Origin: a virus
IMG/VR virus record: IMGVR_UViG_3300046003_007336
Span: 64,001-128,000 of that record
DNA: 64,000 nt
Strand: one strand, 5' to 3'
Under the pieces are notes generated by a model, which worked only from the letters and a program-made list of their open reading frames with translations, searched no databases and was not told where the DNA came from. Positions 1 through 8,752 of the stretch are shown here, piece by piece; position 1 is the stretch's first letter, and each line of letters opens with the position of its first letter. The position numbers and the translations under genes are program-made.

Positions 1-1
1 C

Positions 2-640
2 GTGCGGGACATGTTCGCCGACTCCCTGAAATATCCCAAGATCGAGCCCAAGCTCGATGCGGTGATGCGCGAGGCGCCGATGTGGGACATGGCACCGGCC
101 AGTCAGCGCGACAAGCCGCCTGTGTTGGCCATCATCGGGCCGCAGCACGAGGCCCTGGTAGAGTTCCAGCAACTCTCGTTCGAGACCACGGACGGTGTCC
201 GGCGCATGAAGGCCCAGCCAGCCATCGCCAAACGGGGCTCCTTCGGAGGTCAAGAACATGGCCCATTCCGCAAGCCGCTTCGTCTACCGAAGGTTCCCGA
301 GCACGTTACCTTCAACGTCAGTGATCTCTCGGCTTTCGAGCGGGAGTTCTCGGCATGGTGGGCGAAAAACCGCACCAAGGCCCGCGAGGCACTCTGGGGA
401 CTCCCGGTCGAGGAAGTCTATTTCGCCATCGGCTTCGGTGGCAAATACGAGATGCGGGGGCCGAGTTTCACGGTCGGCCTCCACGGCACCGACAAGCTTT
501 CGGCCTTGAAAGAAGCGAAGGCCTACATCGACCGCCACTGCACGGGCAAGCACGTCATCATCTTCGACGGCCCGCAGCGGCCGGAGACGCTGGTGCAGTT
601 CTTCACACCCGTCGCGAAGTCCAGCGTTCGATTTACTTGA
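2..640 (+). CDS. hypothetical protein, 5'-truncated by window edge
   Basis: Open from window start, phage-like codon usage, no motif recognised. Confidence 0.7.
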   Translation: MRDMFADSLKYPKIEPKLDAVMREAPMWDMAPASQRDKPPVLAIIGPQHEALVEFQQLSFETTDGVRRMKAQPAIAKRGSFGGQEHGPFRKPLRLPKVPEHVTFNVSDLSAFEREFSAWWAKNRTKAREALWGLPVEEVYFAIGFGGKYEMRGPSFTVGLHGTDKLSALKEAKAYIDRHCTGKHVIIFDGPQRPETLVQFFTPVAKSSVRFT

Positions 641-687
641 CAAGTCTCTCCGTTGGTGGCACAAGAGATCATCAACGGAGAGCAGTC

Positions 688-885
688 ATGCCCAACACGG
701 AACTCGACAACGCCCGCACCGAATGCCGCAAGCACGCGTTCGGCACGCCGGAATACGACGCCGCGTTCGCCGCTGTGCAGGCCATCACCCGCCGCCTCAC
801 CGACGCCGAAGTCGGCAAGCACGTCTACAACTCCATTGAGGGTGACGTGTTCGCCCCGCCGCAGACCGGCCGCCGTAGCTGGTAA
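688..885 (+). CDS. hypothetical protein (65 aa, MPNTELDNAR...)
   Basis: GGAG SD before ATG 688, TTGACA upstream at about 638, stop overlaps next ATG. Confidence 0.75.
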   Translation: MPNTELDNARTECRKHAFGTPEYDAAFAAVQAITRRLTDAEVGKHVYNSIEGDVFAPPQTGRRSW

Positions 886-1130
886 TGCGCCAGCTTCATC
901 CCACCTATCATACTGACAACGGCTACCCGTTCACCATCCGCGCGAAATGCGTGGATACGCTGTGGCTGGAACTCTTTCTCGATCACGAGCAACAAGTCCA
1001 CCGTTTCGGAAAATGGGTGGTCCTGCTTGAAACCGATGAGCGTCAGTTTCCAAGCGGGAACGTCATCATCTCGTTCGCCCGGCAGGAAGACGCCATCGCG
1101 GCAGCCCTGCTCCTGGACGGTCCCGTCTGA
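885..1130 (+). CDS. small protein of the dispersed F-x4-D-A-x2-(F/A)-x-L family
   Basis: Tandem paralogue of 1130..1396 (YPFTI, D.EQ.VH.FG.WV, DER..GN, EDA..AALLLD). Confidence 0.8.
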   Translation: MRQLHPTYHTDNGYPFTIRAKCVDTLWLELFLDHEQQVHRFGKWVVLLETDERQFPSGNVIISFARQEDAIAAALLLDGPV

Positions 1131-1396
1131 TGGCTCGCAGGTTGGACTGGGAGTTCGCCACTAGGGAAGAACAGTATCCGTTCACGATCATAGTCCGCTG
1201 CGTTTCCCACAGCCGTCTCGGAGACCTGGGATTCGCGGAGTATCGGCTCGACTACGAGCAAGACGTGCACGTCTTCGGGGACTGGGTGACATGGTATGAA
1301 ATCAACGACGAGCGTCCTACCGGTAATGCGTTCATGGGCTTCAAGACCGCAGAGGATGCCACGATGGCGGCCCTGCTCCTGGATGAGACGGCCTAG
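1130..1396 (+). CDS. small protein, paralogue of 885..1130
   Basis: Shared motifs with the upstream ORF; coupled stop/start. Confidence 0.8.
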   Translation: MARRLDWEFATREEQYPFTIIVRCVSHSRLGDLGFAEYRLDYEQDVHVFGDWVTWYEINDERPTGNAFMGFKTAEDATMAALLLDETA

Positions 1397-1560
1397 GCGG
1401 TTTCTTCTTCTACCGTCTGCGATACCACAATGGTGAATTTCTTGTTCCGAATGACCTCCGACATGGCTTGGCTTTCGGCGAGGAGATCGGCAACAGCCTG
1501 CTCCAGTGCTTCCTTTGCTGCCAATGCTTTTGCTGCCCTGTTGCTTCGGGGTGCGCTCAT
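1393..1560 (-). CDS. 55-aa late protein (MSAPRSNRAAKALAAKEALEQAVADLLAESQAMSEVIRNKKFTIVVSQTVEEETA), absent from ORF track
   Basis: Hand translation; GGAG SD and TAAATA on minus strand at 1583-1588. Confidence 0.65.
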   Translation of the reverse strand: MSAPRSNRAAKALAAKEALEQAVADLLAESQAMSEVIRNKKFTIVVSQTVEEETA

Positions 1561-1644
1561 TGCGGTCTCCGGTGGTTGGATTTATTTATCCAATTGTACG
1601 GAAGCGTTCACAAACCAAAAAATGCCGAAAATGCTAAATAAGAT

Positions 1645-1673
1645 TTGACAGCAGGAACCCTCCTCTGTATATT
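1645..1673 (+). promoter_or_regulatory. sigma70-type promoter upstream of Gly/Glu tRNA cluster
   Basis: TTGACA-N17-TATATT. Confidence 0.7.
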
Positions 1674-1867
1674 CGAGAAACTATGACAAACCTGTTCAAC
1701 ACGTCTGGCCTGAACGCCGCCCTCCTGGGCGGTCGCGGTGGCGTGCGCGGTGCTGGGGAACGAGAACGTTCCGCCGGGCTGCGAGGTTGTCTCTAAACAC
1801 CTCTTCCTTCCTATAGGAACAGTCCGGCGAAGATCACATAGGTTGGCCCCTGTGTGACATTGCTGAT

Positions 1868-1941
1868 GCGGGTGTAGCTCAATGGTAGAGCCGCTGCCTT
1901 CCAAGCAGAAGACGAGAGTTCGATTCTCTCTATCCGCTCCA
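1868..1941 (+). tRNA. tRNA-Gly(TCC)
   Basis: Cloverleaf, anticodon loop CT-TCC-AA, TTCGATT T-loop, encoded CCA. Confidence 0.95.
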
Positions 1942-1956
1942 GCAAATCTCCAGTCT

Positions 1957-2028
1957 GTTCCAGTAGCTTAAAGGCAGAGCAACTGATTTTCAATCAGTCA
2001 GGTGGCGGTTCGACTCCGCTCTGGAATA
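1957..2028 (+). tRNA. tRNA with Glu(TTC) anticodon, atypical Lys-like body, no encoded CCA
   Basis: GTTCCAG/CTGGAAT acceptor, ACTGA-TTTTCAA-TCAGT anticodon arm, TTCGACT loop. Confidence 0.8.
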
Positions 2029-2029
2029 C

Positions 2030-2104
2030 GCGGCTATAGCTCAGTGGTAGAGCGTCTGCTTGCCAAGCAGAAGGTCGGGGGTTCGAGCCCCCCTAGCCGC
2101 TCCA
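2030..2104 (+). tRNA. tRNA-Gly(GCC)
   Basis: Cloverleaf, TT-GCC-AA loop, CCA. Confidence 0.95.
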
Positions 2105-2138
2105 TTCCTCCAACGCATACCCCATTACTCATCTTCGC

Positions 2139-2213
2139 GGTCCCTTCGTCTATCGGTTAGGACGCTAGACTTTCAATCTGGAAAGACGGGTTCGATTCCC
2201 GTAGGGACTACCA
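2139..2213 (+). tRNA. tRNA-Glu(TTC), canonical
   Basis: Glu-type D arm (GTCTATCGGTTAGGAC), CT-TTC-AA loop, CCA. Confidence 0.95.
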
Positions 2214-2227
2214 AGAATATTGGCTCT

Positions 2228-2302
2228 GTCGCCGTAGCTTAACGGTGGAGCGTCCGCTTCTCAGGCGGTTGGTTGCGAGTTCGATTCTCGTCGGCGACAC
2301 CA
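2228..2302 (+). tRNA. tRNA with Glu(CTC) anticodon, atypical body
   Basis: GTCGCCG/CGGCGAC acceptor, CCGC-TTCTCAG-GCGG arm, TTCGATT loop, CCA. Confidence 0.8.
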
Positions 2303-2373
2303 ATTTTCTTGTAATATAATAGTCCGAAGTCGGAACATAAATACCTCGAAGCCCCAACAGAGGAGGCCAAGAG

Positions 2374-2568
2374 ATGAAGACGTATACACGCCCAGAGTGG
2401 CAGATTGTTTCGCGGACAGGTTTCCGCCAAGACCTCTCGAAAGAGATCAAGACCGTGCTGAGCGAGTGTCATGTCCGCGCGAGCGTGATCTGGGACCGCA
2501 ACGGACCCTGCGTGGCCTTCGAGACCGAGGCCGACCGCAAAGCGTTCGACGACCACTTCCACCACTAG
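2374..2568 (+). CDS. small protein of dispersed C-terminal-motif family
   Basis: GGAGG SD; ends CVAFETEADRKAFDDHF. Confidence 0.75.
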   Translation: MKTYTRPEWQIVSRTGFRQDLSKEIKTVLSECHVRASVIWDRNGPCVAFETEADRKAFDDHFHH

Positions 2569-2978
2569 AGGGTCGTCAACATCCGATATTTGGTAGCGTC
2601 GGCCACGGAATAGAAACCGAACGTCATGTCAATGTGACGGGTGTAGTGGATGGTGGGCCCAGGACGAATGTATGCGACGGTCACGTCAATGATAGTCCAC
2701 GGGTCCACTGAACTTTCTTCTATAAGTTCGGCCTCGACTTCAACGGCGTTTTCGAAGTCCCTGTACGGCCTTTCCTCTGACCACTTGACGGTGATTTGAT
2801 GATCGAAGTCGGCGTCGAACGCCATCTTGGGAAAGAATAGTCCGAGACCCAGGCGGGTCCCCTTTATGATCACCATGGGGCCACCACCGGACAACCCGCT
2901 GAATTTGGGGTTAACGCACAGGCCGGGGGTGGGTTTGAAGGTGTTGGGGTCTACGAAATCGGAGAAGAACGGTCTCAT
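2565..2978 (-). CDS. hypothetical protein of dispersed motif family
   Basis: TGATG coupling to upstream gene; ends FGFYSVADATKYRML. Confidence 0.7.
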   Translation of the reverse strand: MRPFFSDFVDPNTFKPTPGLCVNPKFSGLSGGGPMVIIKGTRLGLGLFFPKMAFDADFDHQITVKWSEERPYRDFENAVEVEAELIEESSVDPWTIIDVTVAYIRPGPTIHYTRHIDMTFGFYSVADATKYRMLTTL

Positions 2979-3352
2979 CAGAACGCCAGTTGAAATTGGA
3001 CAGCTTCTCGGGGGTCGTCGAAACCCCACACGCCTCGCCCCTGATAACCCCACCGTCCAGGAAACATGTGGTCAAGCCAGTCTGCCGCCGCCTGCCAATC
3101 CGGGGGCCAGTTGGTGATGCGGTGGGCCCTGGTACATGGCGCCACCAATGACGCCGGAACCAAGATGTCTCGTTCAATCCATCCACGCACGACGGCGACC
3201 ACGTTACCTTCGCGCACCTCTGTGACGATTCCGAACTGTTCATCACCGATAAGGCCAATGACGGGGACCTTGAGTATCGAGAGCCTGGGGCCGGAGAAAA
3301 GTTTCTCAAAAGCCAGCCAAGGCATCCCCGAGTAGAAGTTATTATCGCTCAT
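2978..3352 (-). CDS. hypothetical protein of dispersed motif family
   Basis: Start taken at MSDNNF; ends WGFDDPREAVQFQLAF. Confidence 0.7.
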   Translation of the reverse strand: MSDNNFYSGMPWLAFEKLFSGPRLSILKVPVIGLIGDEQFGIVTEVREGNVVAVVRGWIERDILVPASLVAPCTRAHRITNWPPDWQAAADWLDHMFPGRWGYQGRGVWGFDDPREAVQFQLAF

Positions 3353-3415
3353 GGCCGACCTTAACTCGCCCGCGCCCAAAGATAAATATTTCCATGAAGG
3401 CTTTCCGGTAAGCTC

Positions 3416-3754
3416 ATGGACGACCGTCTCGCCTATTGGTTCGACGGTGGACATCAACCAGATCGGCACGTGCCGGTCAGGGTGCTGGTCGAGTCTGAGG
3501 TCTTCGGGGACATCAACGCCTACGACCGCGTTCTCAATCATCTGGCCTACATGGGCTTCTCCCACATCGTCGAAGTAGCCTACGACCCAGAGATCAAGGT
3601 CGAGACCTGTCTGGCCATCCACGACACCTGCCATGAGTTCGCCTACGCGTGCAGCGGCGAGTGGACGTCTTTCTATTCCCACGGCCACAAGGCCGTCATG
3701 ATGGTCTTCGTCGAAGAGCGTGACGCCTTCACCCTCCGTCTATTTTTTGGTTGA
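3416..3754 (+). CDS. hypothetical protein of dispersed motif family
   Basis: TAAATA at 3383-3388; ends MVFVEERDAFTLRLFFG. Confidence 0.75.
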   Translation: MDDRLAYWFDGGHQPDRHVPVRVLVESEVFGDINAYDRVLNHLAYMGFSHIVEVAYDPEIKVETCLAIHDTCHEFAYACSGEWTSFYSHGHKAVMMVFVEERDAFTLRLFFG

Positions 3755-3784
3755 TCGAACTGAGGTCTCCTCTATAGCGGAGAC

Positions 3785-4237
3785 ATGCACCATCCGGCCT
3801 TCAAACCTACGCCGCCGCCAGAGCGATTCGAAGACGTCTTCGATGACTATTCGTTCCTCATCGACCCAAGCTCGTTCCGGTGGGTGCGTTCCTTCAGCGG
3901 GTCTGGTGAGGAAACATCTTCGAGGGTCGAGTATGACCGCTCGGCCATCAGCCGCGAGGGAATGTTCTACGCTGGCGTAGTCCTTCAGCGACGAACGCCT
4001 CTCGACCAGTTCAAACGTGCGACTTACGAAATCACGATGGGGACGCAGCGGTCTGGGCGCGGCGCCGTCGAGATCGCCCTGGCGAAAATGTTCGCTCACC
4101 TGAACGACATTCGTCCCTGCACCCTTCGCCCTCGCTATTCGAGCGATAAGGTGCTGGGCTCTGTTGTCGATCTCGACGAACAACACCTGATGATTTTGCG
4201 AATGATCTTCAAGGACTACCTGCCCAAACTTCCTTGA
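3785..4237 (+). CDS. hypothetical protein
   Basis: GGAG SD, 150 aa ORF in gene-dense run. Confidence 0.7.
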   Translation: MHHPAFKPTPPPERFEDVFDDYSFLIDPSSFRWVRSFSGSGEETSSRVEYDRSAISREGMFYAGVVLQRRTPLDQFKRATYEITMGTQRSGRGAVEIALAKMFAHLNDIRPCTLRPRYSSDKVLGSVVDLDEQHLMILRMIFKDYLPKLP

Positions 4238-4267
4238 CAAGTAAACGATCACCGCTATGCTTCCAGA

Positions 4268-4882
4268 ATGGCATCCATCCGCGACAGACTGATAAGGAAC
4301 TCACGCCCCGCCGTGAAATCCGAATGGGTTGACGTCGCGCGCAGCATTGATCTCGATGGGCTGGGTGAAACCATCGTGGCTCTGCGGTTTTGCCGCCAGA
4401 TCGAATGGTTCCGCGATAGCGAGAGCCGCGTTGATATCGTGATCGAAGGAAACCGCCACGCTATATCTGGCACCTACAACGATTTCTACGGTCTGATGAC
4501 CTCCAAGGACGACCCGTTGGAGATGGCCCCCAAGCTGGCCTCGGGCCGGGGCATCGGTCGCACATCCGCAGAAGCCGTAGAGGTGATCATCAACATCATT
4601 GACCACGCGGGCGTTGTTCCGCCTCGTGGCGTCATGGACGGGCCCTACTACGGCAATTTCCCCTACGTGTTGGTCCCCGACGATTGGGCTCTTGACGACG
4701 CCCAGTTTGAGCGATGGCTCAAGCTCACAGAAGGCGACGGACACGCTGATCGTTTCCTCGAAATCAACCGTCGAAACTTCGTTAAAGACATGATAAAGCC
4801 GGTCGATCTCATCATCTGGTCGTCCCGGAACACCGCCGCCGAAAACGCCGCCGCCCTGACCCAACTGGATGCTTTCCGATGA
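4268..4882 (+). CDS. hypothetical protein
   Basis: TTGACA promoter at about 4234; coupled to coaD. Confidence 0.75.
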   Translation: MASIRDRLIRNSRPAVKSEWVDVARSIDLDGLGETIVALRFCRQIEWFRDSESRVDIVIEGNRHAISGTYNDFYGLMTSKDDPLEMAPKLASGRGIGRTSAEAVEVIINIIDHAGVVPPRGVMDGPYYGNFPYVLVPDDWALDDAQFERWLKLTEGDGHADRFLEINRRNFVKDMIKPVDLIIWSSRNTAAENAAALTQLDAFR

Positions 4883-5379
4883 AAACTTTCGCCCTCTACG
4901 CCGGTTCGTTCGACCCCATCACCAAGGGGCATCTGAACATCGTTGAGCAAGCCCTGACGATGTTCGACCGCGTTCACATCGGCGTCGGCCGCAATCCGGG
5001 AAAGACGGGTCGCTTCTGGCCGAGCATCCGCTCCGATCTCATCAAGGGAGCCATCGACCAAGCCCTACCGGAATCGCTGGATAGAATTTCTGTGGGTCAG
5101 TTCGACGGCGGCCTCGCCCCCTATGCACGTGAGCTTGGCTGCACCCACATCGTGCGCGGCCTGCGCCAGATCAGCGACTTCAACGATGAGTTCACCCTGC
5201 ACGGCGTCCTCCAGCGAATCTCGCCCGACATCCCGATGGTGCACCTGATCTGCCAGCAGCAGTTCCTGCACGTGTCGTCGTCCACGGCCCGCGCGCTCGC
5301 TGATCTGAAAGAAGACCTCTCCTGGTTGGTGACCGATAATGTCGCCATGGCACTGAGGAATTACAAATGTCCCAAGTAG
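4879..5379 (+). CDS. coaD: phosphopantetheine adenylyltransferase
   Basis: YAGSFDPITKGH (TxGH), IVRGLR..SDF..E and VSSS motifs; 166 aa. Confidence 0.92.
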   Translation: MKTFALYAGSFDPITKGHLNIVEQALTMFDRVHIGVGRNPGKTGRFWPSIRSDLIKGAIDQALPESLDRISVGQFDGGLAPYARELGCTHIVRGLRQISDFNDEFTLHGVLQRISPDIPMVHLICQQQFLHVSSSTARALADLKEDLSWLVTDNVAMALRNYKCPK

Positions 5380-5588
5380 TCAATGGTCTCCTGGAAGTCA
5401 TCGACGGTGATGAAAAGCTCCGCAAGCAGATGCTGCGTAACCTCGGCTTCATGAACGCCGAACTCCTCGCCGAAATGCCCGACGAGGAACGGGTCGCCAC
5501 CATCCAGAAGTGCATCATCGAAATGATCGATCAGATCGGCTCTCAGGCAGAGCGTGCCGCTATAATTCTCGACCGTCTCCGAGAGTAA
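5367..5588 (+). CDS. hypothetical protein (73 aa)
   Basis: Overlaps coaD end; GAGG SD; helical acidic sequence. Confidence 0.65.
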   Translation: MSQVVNGLLEVIDGDEKLRKQMLRNLGFMNAELLAEMPDEERVATIQKCIIEMIDQIGSQAERAAIILDRLRE

Positions 5589-6036
5589 CCTTCTCCTGGT
5601 CGGGCTCGAAGGTGAGAACCCGGCGCCCTTCGCCTTCCAGTTCCGTGATGACGGCGTAGCGGAGCGCATCCCTGGCCTGCTTGGCGTTTCTCTCTGCCAT
5701 CCAGATAGCATCTTTCTTGGCTTTGAAATCCGCGAATCGCCAGCCTTCGGCGCGTTGGAATTTCTGCACCGCCAAAATGGCCGCATCAAGCGTTGTGAAC
5801 ACCGAGACGAACAGGTTCTTGAGGAGCTTCTCCTCATGTGGCCCCATGTCTCGCAACGTCGCCTCCACGAAGGTCGGGTCATTCGCCCTAGTGGTGTCGT
5901 AGACGGGTAGGCAGATAGCCCAGAGGACGTCCTTGTGGTTGAGGAACTTGTAGACCTTCAATCCCTCGTCTGATGGGACGATGGCGAACTTGTGGGTCTC
6001 AAACAGGCCGTCGAGAACGTCGAAGGGTCTGGTCAT
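5560..6036 (-). CDS. hypothetical protein
   Basis: 158 aa, coupled to upstream gene. Confidence 0.7.
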   Translation of the reverse strand: MTRPFDVLDGLFETHKFAIVPSDEGLKVYKFLNHKDVLWAICLPVYDTTRANDPTFVEATLRDMGPHEEKLLKNLFVSVFTTLDAAILAVQKFQRAEGWRFADFKAKKDAIWMAERNAKQARDALRYAVITELEGEGRRVLTFEPDQEKVTLGDGREL

Positions 6037-6809
6037 GACAGGGGGTCCTTACCCAGCATCTGGGCCTGTGTGAGCGGTGACATCTTGAGAGCGAACTCGG
6101 CCGTCAAGCTGGTATGGCGCGTCTCATAGTACGGCGTGTCGAGCCACTTCATCAACTCGGTCGAGGTATGGAGACCTTGCGGCAGTCTGCGGAAGTGCTC
6201 CGCGATGGCGGCTTCGCGGGCGATGCGGCTGGCGCGTTTTCCGATGTCGGGCTGATTGGCTTCGATCATCTGTGATGTTGGTCCGAGGCGGGCATCGTTG
6301 TTGATGATCTTGGCGATCAGGCCCAGGTCGGCCGGTACATACGAACTCGAAAAGATTTGATTCCAGACATCGCGCCGGGCGGCCCATTCGGTCTTGGTGA
6401 TCGATTCGGGTCGGTCTGTGCTGTCCTGATAATGCCAATCATGAACACCCGGTTGTGCGAGCATGTCTTTCCGCCAGTCACCGTAGAGGATGCCGTAGAC
6501 GCGTCCCGCCAACGGGATGAAGCAAATCTGGCATGAGATGTCGATCTCGGGGTCGGCGTGCCCGCCCTCCGTCTTGTTGATGCGGCCCTGCAAATCCTGG
6601 TAGGATTTCGACATGTAGTTGATGTGGCCGGTCGGGGATGGGATGGTGACGAAACGGTCGAGGTCCATCCGATAGGCGATGTCCGTGGCCAGAAATACCG
6701 CGAGGCGGTCCATTGCCAGCGGGATGAAGGCCTTGCGGATTTGCTGCGACAGAGCAACCATGTCGTTCATGTCGCCGTCGAACGCGAAACCGTTTATATT
6801 CTTGCTCAT
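6033..6809 (-). CDS. hypothetical protein
   Basis: 258 aa with phage-like codon usage. Confidence 0.75.
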   Translation of the reverse strand: MSKNINGFAFDGDMNDMVALSQQIRKAFIPLAMDRLAVFLATDIAYRMDLDRFVTIPSPTGHINYMSKSYQDLQGRINKTEGGHADPEIDISCQICFIPLAGRVYGILYGDWRKDMLAQPGVHDWHYQDSTDRPESITKTEWAARRDVWNQIFSSSYVPADLGLIAKIINNDARLGPTSQMIEANQPDIGKRASRIAREAAIAEHFRRLPQGLHTSTELMKWLDTPYYETRHTSLTAEFALKMSPLTQAQMLGKDPLS

Positions 6810-6836
6810 CTGTTTCTTGTATATTATTGATCAGAT

Positions 6837-7331
6837 ATGGCAACCCAAAATATCCCTCCCCTCGTCCTTCTCCCGGACAGCCACCCGATGCTCCATCAGG
6901 CCTTGCCTGAGTTTGAGTTCGGCATTCCGGGCATCGACCCAGTCGCCCTAACGGATGCGATGTGGGAGTTCCAGCACAGTCAGAACGCCATCGGACTGGC
7001 GGCCAATCAGGTCGGCCTCAACTATCGGGTCTTCGTCATGGGCGACGAGGAGAAAATCGTCTGCTTCAATCCCAGCGTGGTCGAAGAGACGGTGTCGGTC
7101 GTCGGGCCCGAGGGATGTCTGTCCTTCCCCGGTCTAGCCCTCAACGTCGTGCGGCCAGACCGCGTTCTGGCTCACTTCCAAACCGCAGACGGGACCCGCA
7201 TCGAGCGCGAGTTCACCGGCATGCTGGCGAGGTGTTTCTGCCACGAGACCGACCACCTCAACGGGGTGACCTTCACTGAGCGGGTCTCGAAGCTCAAGCT
7301 CGAAATGGCCCGCAAGCGGATGCGAAAATAA
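6837..7331 (+). CDS. def: peptide deformylase
   Basis: GLAANQVG, EGCLSFP and HETDHLNG motifs. Confidence 0.95.
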   Translation: MATQNIPPLVLLPDSHPMLHQALPEFEFGIPGIDPVALTDAMWEFQHSQNAIGLAANQVGLNYRVFVMGDEEKIVCFNPSVVEETVSVVGPEGCLSFPGLALNVVRPDRVLAHFQTADGTRIEREFTGMLARCFCHETDHLNGVTFTERVSKLKLEMARKRMRK

Positions 7332-7372
7332 ACTCGTTGACGAAAAGTGCCCACCGGAGGTAAAAGGTCCGG

Positions 7373-7795
7373 TCATCCAATAGATGGTCACGGTGGTGGT
7401 GGGCTTAAGGGCAGCCATCCATAAAGAGTTGCGAGAGGAAGAAAGTAGGCGCGAGCCAAAATCAAGAGTCCCGTCTGCTATGATGGGGGTGTAATGACCT
7501 CCTAGCTTGGATACCTGAACGGACGGGCTTAGAACCTCAGGGAGTGTGACAGACTACAAAACGCCCGGAAGGCGTGGGAAGCCCAAGGCCAGCGATGGTT
7601 CTGAGTTCCGCCCTGCTTCACTGGAGTCGAAAACGTCGGGTAGCACAGTTGCAGTTTTGCCCGCGTATTACAAGCGGAACTGCGGGTTTGACTTGGGAGC
7701 CGATGGTGTAGGTAGCCGGAGCTTCTGGGGACGACTGCAACGGCCCTTAGAGCATTTAGCGTAGCAGCAAGCCACTGTGGCCTTCTATTGGATGA
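7373..7795 (+). ncRNA. large structured ncRNA candidate (about 420 nt), family unassigned
   Basis: No credible ORF; TTGACG-N18-TAAAAG promoter puts the start at about 7373; perfect 12-bp terminal helix 7373-7384/7784-7795 extended by 7386-7397/7771-7782; inner helix 7406-7412/7743-7749. Confidence 0.75.
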
Positions 7796-7811
7796 TGAGT
7801 TGGAGGAATAA

Positions 7812-8738
7812 ATGAGCGGCCATATCGAACGCCTGCACGACCTCGCCGACGCCCTGGCAGCGCACGCCCTGCTCGATACCGATCTTCAGGTGATGGCCCA
7901 CGACGCCGCTCTGCACGCGGTCGATCTCCGTGCCCTGCTGGCCGGGCAGTCCAAGTCGGTCACCTGGGTCCTTGAGAGCAACGTCTTCGCCGAAACCTGC
8001 TTCGACCGCATGATGGAACATTTCCGTCAGCGCGGCGTCGAGCACCACGTCGTGCGCATCATCCCCTTCGTCCATGAGATCGAGGGACGGGTTCCCGACG
8101 TCAATGGACCGTGCGTGGTCTATGGAAGCATCGGCATCCAGAAACTGGCCGACCGCCACGGCTGGTCGCCCGGCGTTTTCCCGGTCCCGACCGAGGACGA
8201 GGCCGCCATCGCGCTCGGCGACCTGTATTTGAATTCCGACGCCATGATGATGAAGATGTCCGAGGTCGAAGCCTATCTGGCTAAGACGATCACGGGCGAA
8301 GAAGTTTTCATCAAGCCCGATACCGACACCAAGGAGTTCGCCGGTCAGGTGATCGACGCCGCCCAGTTCTCGTCCTGGTATGCCGGGATGATCGATTCGG
8401 GCTACCTCGACGGTAACGATTTTTACGTCGTCGTGTCCTCGCCGAAGAAACTCGGCTGCGAGTGGCGTGTGGTGGTCGTGGACGGCAAGATCGTCACGTC
8501 GTCCCTCTACCGGCAGTGGGGCATGGTGAAGGCCGAGGAGCATATCCTTCCCGAGGTGGTCGAGGTCGTCATGGCTGCGCACGCCAAACTGGTCCCTGGC
8601 CCCGTCTATGTGATCGACATCGCCCAGCACGGTGATGAGTTCAAAGTCATCGAATACAACACCTTCAACTCGGCGGGCCTCTATGAGTGCAACGTCGAGG
8701 CCATCATCGACGCCGTCTCGGAGTATGTCGGGCGTTGA
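7812..8738 (+). CDS. ATP-grasp protein (DUF4343/R2K-like)
   Basis: VFIKP, EWRVVVVDGKIV.SS.Y, YVIDIA, KVIEYNTFNSAGLY motifs; GGAGG SD. Confidence 0.75.
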   Translation: MSGHIERLHDLADALAAHALLDTDLQVMAHDAALHAVDLRALLAGQSKSVTWVLESNVFAETCFDRMMEHFRQRGVEHHVVRIIPFVHEIEGRVPDVNGPCVVYGSIGIQKLADRHGWSPGVFPVPTEDEAAIALGDLYLNSDAMMMKMSEVEAYLAKTITGEEVFIKPDTDTKEFAGQVIDAAQFSSWYAGMIDSGYLDGNDFYVVVSSPKKLGCEWRVVVVDGKIVTSSLYRQWGMVKAEEHILPEVVEVVMAAHAKLVPGPVYVIDIAQHGDEFKVIEYNTFNSAGLYECNVEAIIDAVSEYVGR

Positions 8739-8752
8739 AGGGTCACCTCACC

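Noticed and set aside
7373-7795. RNase P RNA or group I intron identity for the 420-nt RNA
   Set aside because: Lacks the GAGGAAAGUC/AACCCGGCUUA P4 pair and a convincing P7 partner; not located inside a gene
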